Origin: Burkholderiaceae bacterium
GTDB lineage: Bacteria; Pseudomonadota; Gammaproteobacteria; Burkholderiales; Burkholderiaceae_C
NCBI GenBank assembly: GCA_031538565.1
Contig: JAVKLS010000021.1
Location: 71,024-135,023 of the forward strand
Length of the DNA stretch: 64,000 nucleotides
Reading direction: 5' to 3'
Below are positions 59,319 to 64,000 of the stretch, one piece after another. Every line of letters starts with the position of its first letter. Position 1 is the first letter of the stretch. The notes beneath the pieces were generated by a model that had not been told where the DNA came from, ran no database searches, and worked only from the letters and a program-made list of their open reading frames with translations. Made by a program: the position numbers and the translations under genes.

Positions 59319-59765
59319 TCAATTTTTTCCTGTGGAGCCGTAACCACCCGCACCGCGTTCGCTGGCGGGAAAGTCGGTCACGATGTTAAACGTCGCCTGC
59401 ACCACAGGAACGATCACTAACTGCGCCAGACGCTCCATCGGCTCGATAGTGAAGGCGGTGCTGCTGCGATTCCATGCGCTGACCATCAGCTGGCCTTGGT
59501 AGTCGGAGTCGATGAGGCCGACTAAGTTTCCCAGCACGATGCCGTGCTTGTGCCCCAGCCCCGAGCGCGGTAGGATGAGCGCGGCATAGTTGGGATCACG
59601 CAGGTACATGGCCATGCCCGTAGGCACAAGCTGCCACGCATTGGGCGCAAGAGTCAGCGGCTCTTTGAGGCAAGCGCGTAAGTCCAGCCCCGCACTGCCT
59701 GGCGTTGCATAGGCGGGCATTTGGGAGCGCAGTCGCTCATCAAGAATTTGGATGTCGATGTTCAT
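59319..59765 (-). CDS. dut: dUTP diphosphatase
   Basis: Start moved to the ATG at 59765 (MNIDIQILD...). Motifs [14 protein letters not shown] and C-terminal [10 protein letters not shown] are present. Confidence 0.9.
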   Translation of the reverse strand: MNIDIQILDERLRSQMPAYATPGSAGLDLRACLKEPLTLAPNAWQLVPTGMAMYLRDPNYAALILPRSGLGHKHGIVLGNLVGLIDSDYQGQLMVSAWNRSSTAFTIEPMERLAQLVIVPVVQATFNIVTDFPASERGAGGYGSTGKN

Positions 59766-59785
59766 GCGTGAGTGTGAGTTGAATT
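59702..59785. repeat. 84-bp direct repeat, copy 1 (dut 5' coding end plus upstream 20 nt)
   Basis: 82 of 84 positions identical to 60709..60792. Confidence 0.9.
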
Positions 59786-59822
59786 GGAAGAGGCAATTGG
59801 AAAAGTCTAGAACCACACTGAA

Positions 59823-60290
59823 TCACTTGGATTGGCTGAGCGTCGCGATTTTTTTCTTCAATCGTCCCGAAACCATTACCAATACTGGCATATAGCGATG
59901 CGCTTCATAGATGGTGTTGACCAAAAGCTCGGTGCTGTCATCGTAATCGTGAATGAGTTGATTGCGCAATTTTCGAGTTCTTAGCCAGTCATCCATTGAG
60001 TCCAACCAGCCCAATTTTTCTGCGTAAGCCAGCATCTCACCCACGGGACGAATGGGCTCTTGCAAGTATGCCAATAGAGCGGGCATGAGTTTGTCGCCGA
60101 TGTTGTCTTGCAGTCTGCCAAAACGCGAAACGAACGCTTCGACTTGCTCCGAAATCACTCGGTCGTTTTGCACGCCATCTGAAATTTGCTCGCGCGTGAG
60201 TGCAAACAAATGGGTGGCTGTTTCTTGCACAAGCGCAACTTCACGACCAATATGCTCAGTTAGTTTTTGCAGCCGTAGCAGCTCACTCAC
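59823..60290 (-). CDS. HEPN-domain protein (HepT-like toxin partner of the MNT gene)
   Basis: All-helical 155 aa with an R-x4-H motif (RNQLIH). It overlaps the upstream nucleotidyltransferase gene by 4 nt. Confidence 0.75.
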   Translation of the reverse strand: MSELLRLQKLTEHIGREVALVQETATHLFALTREQISDGVQNDRVISEQVEAFVSRFGRLQDNIGDKLMPALLAYLQEPIRPVGEMLAYAEKLGWLDSMDDWLRTRKLRNQLIHDYDDSTELLVNTIYEAHRYMPVLVMVSGRLKKKIATLSQSK

Positions 60291-60607
60291 AGCTCGACTC
60301 CATGCTGCATGGCAACGTCATGTATCGGCAAAGTCGATAAATTCGGTGCTCGTAGCAAAATGTCGATTTTTGGCGATGCTCCAAGCAGCCGCGCTATCCT
60401 AAGTTCAATTTGAGTAGAAACTTGTGCCCGTAGTCCATCTGGGTTTTCCGTGGGCTTGGCAAGATCAAGCATCAAATCAATATCGCCGCCGCGCTGGCTG
60501 TCGTCCACCCGAGAGCCATATAGACGCACTCCGTTCAGCGCATCAGCAGGCACGATGCTTGCTATGGTGCTTTTGATCACGGCGAGTTGCTCAGAATTCA
60601 GGCGCAT
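60287..60607 (-). CDS. Minimal nucleotidyltransferase (MNT / MntA-like antitoxin)
   Basis: 106 aa with Pol-beta-superfamily motif LYGSRVDDSQRGGDIDLML (GS...DxD). Confidence 0.8.
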   Translation of the reverse strand: MRLNSEQLAVIKSTIASIVPADALNGVRLYGSRVDDSQRGGDIDLMLDLAKPTENPDGLRAQVSTQIELRIARLLGASPKIDILLRAPNLSTLPIHDVAMQHGVEL

Positions 60608-60618
60608 GGCTTAATTAT

Positions 60619-60772
60619 CTACTTCTTCCCCGTGGGCTCATACCCACCTTCGCCACGTTCGCTAGTAGCGGCAAACTTATCCACCACGGCAAACGTCGCC
60701 TGTACCTAGCGTTGCATAGGCGGGCATTTGGGAGCGCAGTCGCTCATCAAGAATTTGGATGTCGATGTTCAT
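60619..60772 (-). pseudogene. Internally deleted dut remnant (first ~21 codons fused out of frame to a diverged last ~28 codons)
   Basis: The 5' part is identical to the live dut start ([21 protein letters not shown]). The 3' part, in another frame, encodes VQATFAVVDKFAATSERGEGGYEPTGKK-stop, compared with live [27 protein letters not shown]-stop. Confidence 0.75.
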
Positions 60773-60792
60773 GCGTGAGCGTGAGTTGAGTT
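60709..60792. repeat. 84-bp direct repeat, copy 2 (adjacent to the coaBC stop)
   Basis: 82 of 84 positions identical to 59702..59785. The two copies are 1007 bp apart. Confidence 0.9.
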
Positions 60793-62035
60793 AGGGGTTT
60801 AAGCGCTGGGCAATTTCAACAATAAGCGCACGCGCTAGCTCGGTTTTGGCTGCGCGTGGCAACTCTTTGCTGCCATGCGCGTCCATTAACAGCAGCGCAT
60901 TGTCGTCCATACCAAAGGTGGCGGGACCGATATTGCCCACCAAGAGCGGCACGTTTTTGCGTTCGCGTTTGGCTTTGGTGTGGGCTACCAAATTTTCGCT
61001 TTCGGCGGCAAAACCTACGCAGTAAAGACTGCCAGCCTTGGGAAAAGATGCCGCGCGTTTGGACGCGGCAATTGTGGCAAGAATGTCGGTGTTTTCTACA
61101 AACTCCAAAGTGGGCGCACTTGCTGCATCATCTTTTTTAATTTTTTGTGCACTGACCGCCGCAGGACGCCAATCGGCTACCGCGGCCGTGGCAATAAAAA
61201 TATCGGCGCTGTCCGCGTGGGCTTGCGCGGCCACCAGCATATCGGTCGCGCACAGCGCAGAGATAAGCGTTGCGCCGCGTGGTGTCGTCAGTGCCGTGCG
61301 ACCCGCCACCAGCGTGACGCGGGCGCCCGCATCCAAAGCCGCCTTGGCGATGGCAAAGCCCATTTTCCCGCTGGATAAATTGGTAATGCCGCGCACGGGA
61401 TCAATCGCCTCGTAAGTAGGTCCTGCGGTGATTAGCACCCGCTTGCCTAGCAGTACTTTTGGCGTGAAGTGCGCGACCAAGTCGGCAAGAATGTCGTCTG
61501 CCTCCAGCATTCGCCCGTCGCCGACTTCGCCGCAGGCTTGATCGCCCGCGCCTACGTCCAGCACAAACGCGCCGTCTAACTTAAGCTGCGCCACGTTTCG
61601 CTGCGTAGCGGGATGCGCCCACATCTCACGGTTCATGGCTGGTGCAAGAATGAGCGGCACGTGCGCAGGTTTGGCAAGGCAGGTGAGGGTGAGTAAATCG
61701 TCGGCGCGTCCGTGCAAAAGCCTTGCCATCAGGTCTGCACTGGCAGGAGCGACCAGTACCGCATCCGCGCCGCGCGTGAGGTTGATGTGTGCCATGTTGG
61801 TCGATGCGCCATCGACCGCCCGACTATCCCACTGCGAGACAAAAACCCCGCGTCCCGATAGTGCTTGCATGGTGACGGGGGTCATAAACTGTGTCGCCGC
61901 GTCAGACATGACCACTTGCACGCGTGCGCCTGCTTTAACAAGGGCACGGCAAAGCTCGGCGGCTTTGTAAGCAGCTATACCGCCAGACATTCCTAGGACG
62001 ATGTGTTTGTTGTGAAGAATGGAGTGCGCTAGCAT
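60791..62035 (-). CDS. coaBC: Bifunctional phosphopantothenoylcysteine decarboxylase / phosphopantothenate-cysteine ligase
   Basis: Flavoprotein N-domain (GMSGGIAAYK) and CoaB C-domain (ITAGPTYEAIDPVRGITNLSSGKMG). Confidence 0.95.
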   Translation of the reverse strand: MLAHSILHNKHIVLGMSGGIAAYKAAELCRALVKAGARVQVVMSDAATQFMTPVTMQALSGRGVFVSQWDSRAVDGASTNMAHINLTRGADAVLVAPASADLMARLLHGRADDLLTLTCLAKPAHVPLILAPAMNREMWAHPATQRNVAQLKLDGAFVLDVGAGDQACGEVGDGRMLEADDILADLVAHFTPKVLLGKRVLITAGPTYEAIDPVRGITNLSSGKMGFAIAKAALDAGARVTLVAGRTALTTPRGATLISALCATDMLVAAQAHADSADIFIATAAVADWRPAAVSAQKIKKDDAASAPTLEFVENTDILATIAASKRAASFPKAGSLYCVGFAAESENLVAHTKAKRERKNVPLLVGNIGPATFGMDDNALLLMDAHGSKELPRAAKTELARALIVEIAQRLNP

Positions 62036-62084
62036 AAGGCGAGAATGTATCAGCTTCTATAATCGAAATTTCCACTTGCACTGA

Positions 62085-64000
<1,916 letters not shown>

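Overview
The window is a gene-dense chromosomal segment from a betaproteobacterium. It looks Burkholderiales/Comamonadaceae-like, inferred from a Bug/TctC-type binding protein, a tandem-fused UvrA, a split MetH behind an SAH-riboswitch-like leader, a PP0621-family gene and a KKPAA histone-like protein. Most of it is housekeeping: clpB (5' partial), a fatty-acyl-CoA cluster, a sugar-acid dehydratase/dehydrogenase with a CUT1-type ABC transporter, yggS/pilT, tsaE-amiC-uvrA, queG, lipB, dsbB, glnE, ffh, ampD, nrdAB, prmA-accCB, metH, dut-coaBC, pyrG and kdsA (3' partial). I saw no rRNA, tRNA, CRISPR array, transposase or integrase.

The accessory or unusual content is:
- Three toxin-antitoxin-like pairs: VapBC at 1.2-1.9 kb, a PemK/MazF-like pair at 53.6-54.3 kb, and MNT-HEPN at 59.8-60.6 kb.
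- A kexin-like S8 lipoprotein protease. Its reading frame is broken by an in-frame TAA and an in-frame TAG, and its 5' end carries a G13 homopolymer plus 9-nt and 12-nt tandem repeats.
- A decayed dut remnant and an 84-bp direct repeat bracketing the MNT-HEPN cassette between coaBC and dut.
- A 1890-aa head-to-tail double UvrA.
- A metH that lacks the homocysteine-binding domain and is preceded by an SAH-riboswitch-like leader with an SD-sequestering helix.
- A secreted protein with animal-type (GH56) hyaluronidase-like motifs.
- An ECF sigma/ZAS anti-sigma module linked to a small catalase-like peroxidase, a cytochrome c and a YceI protein.
- A ~111-nt hairpin-forming dispersed repeat present three times.

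The ORF track allows ATG, GTG and TTG starts, so several starts were moved to better-supported internal ATGs. All functional calls come from motif recognition by eye, not from database searches.
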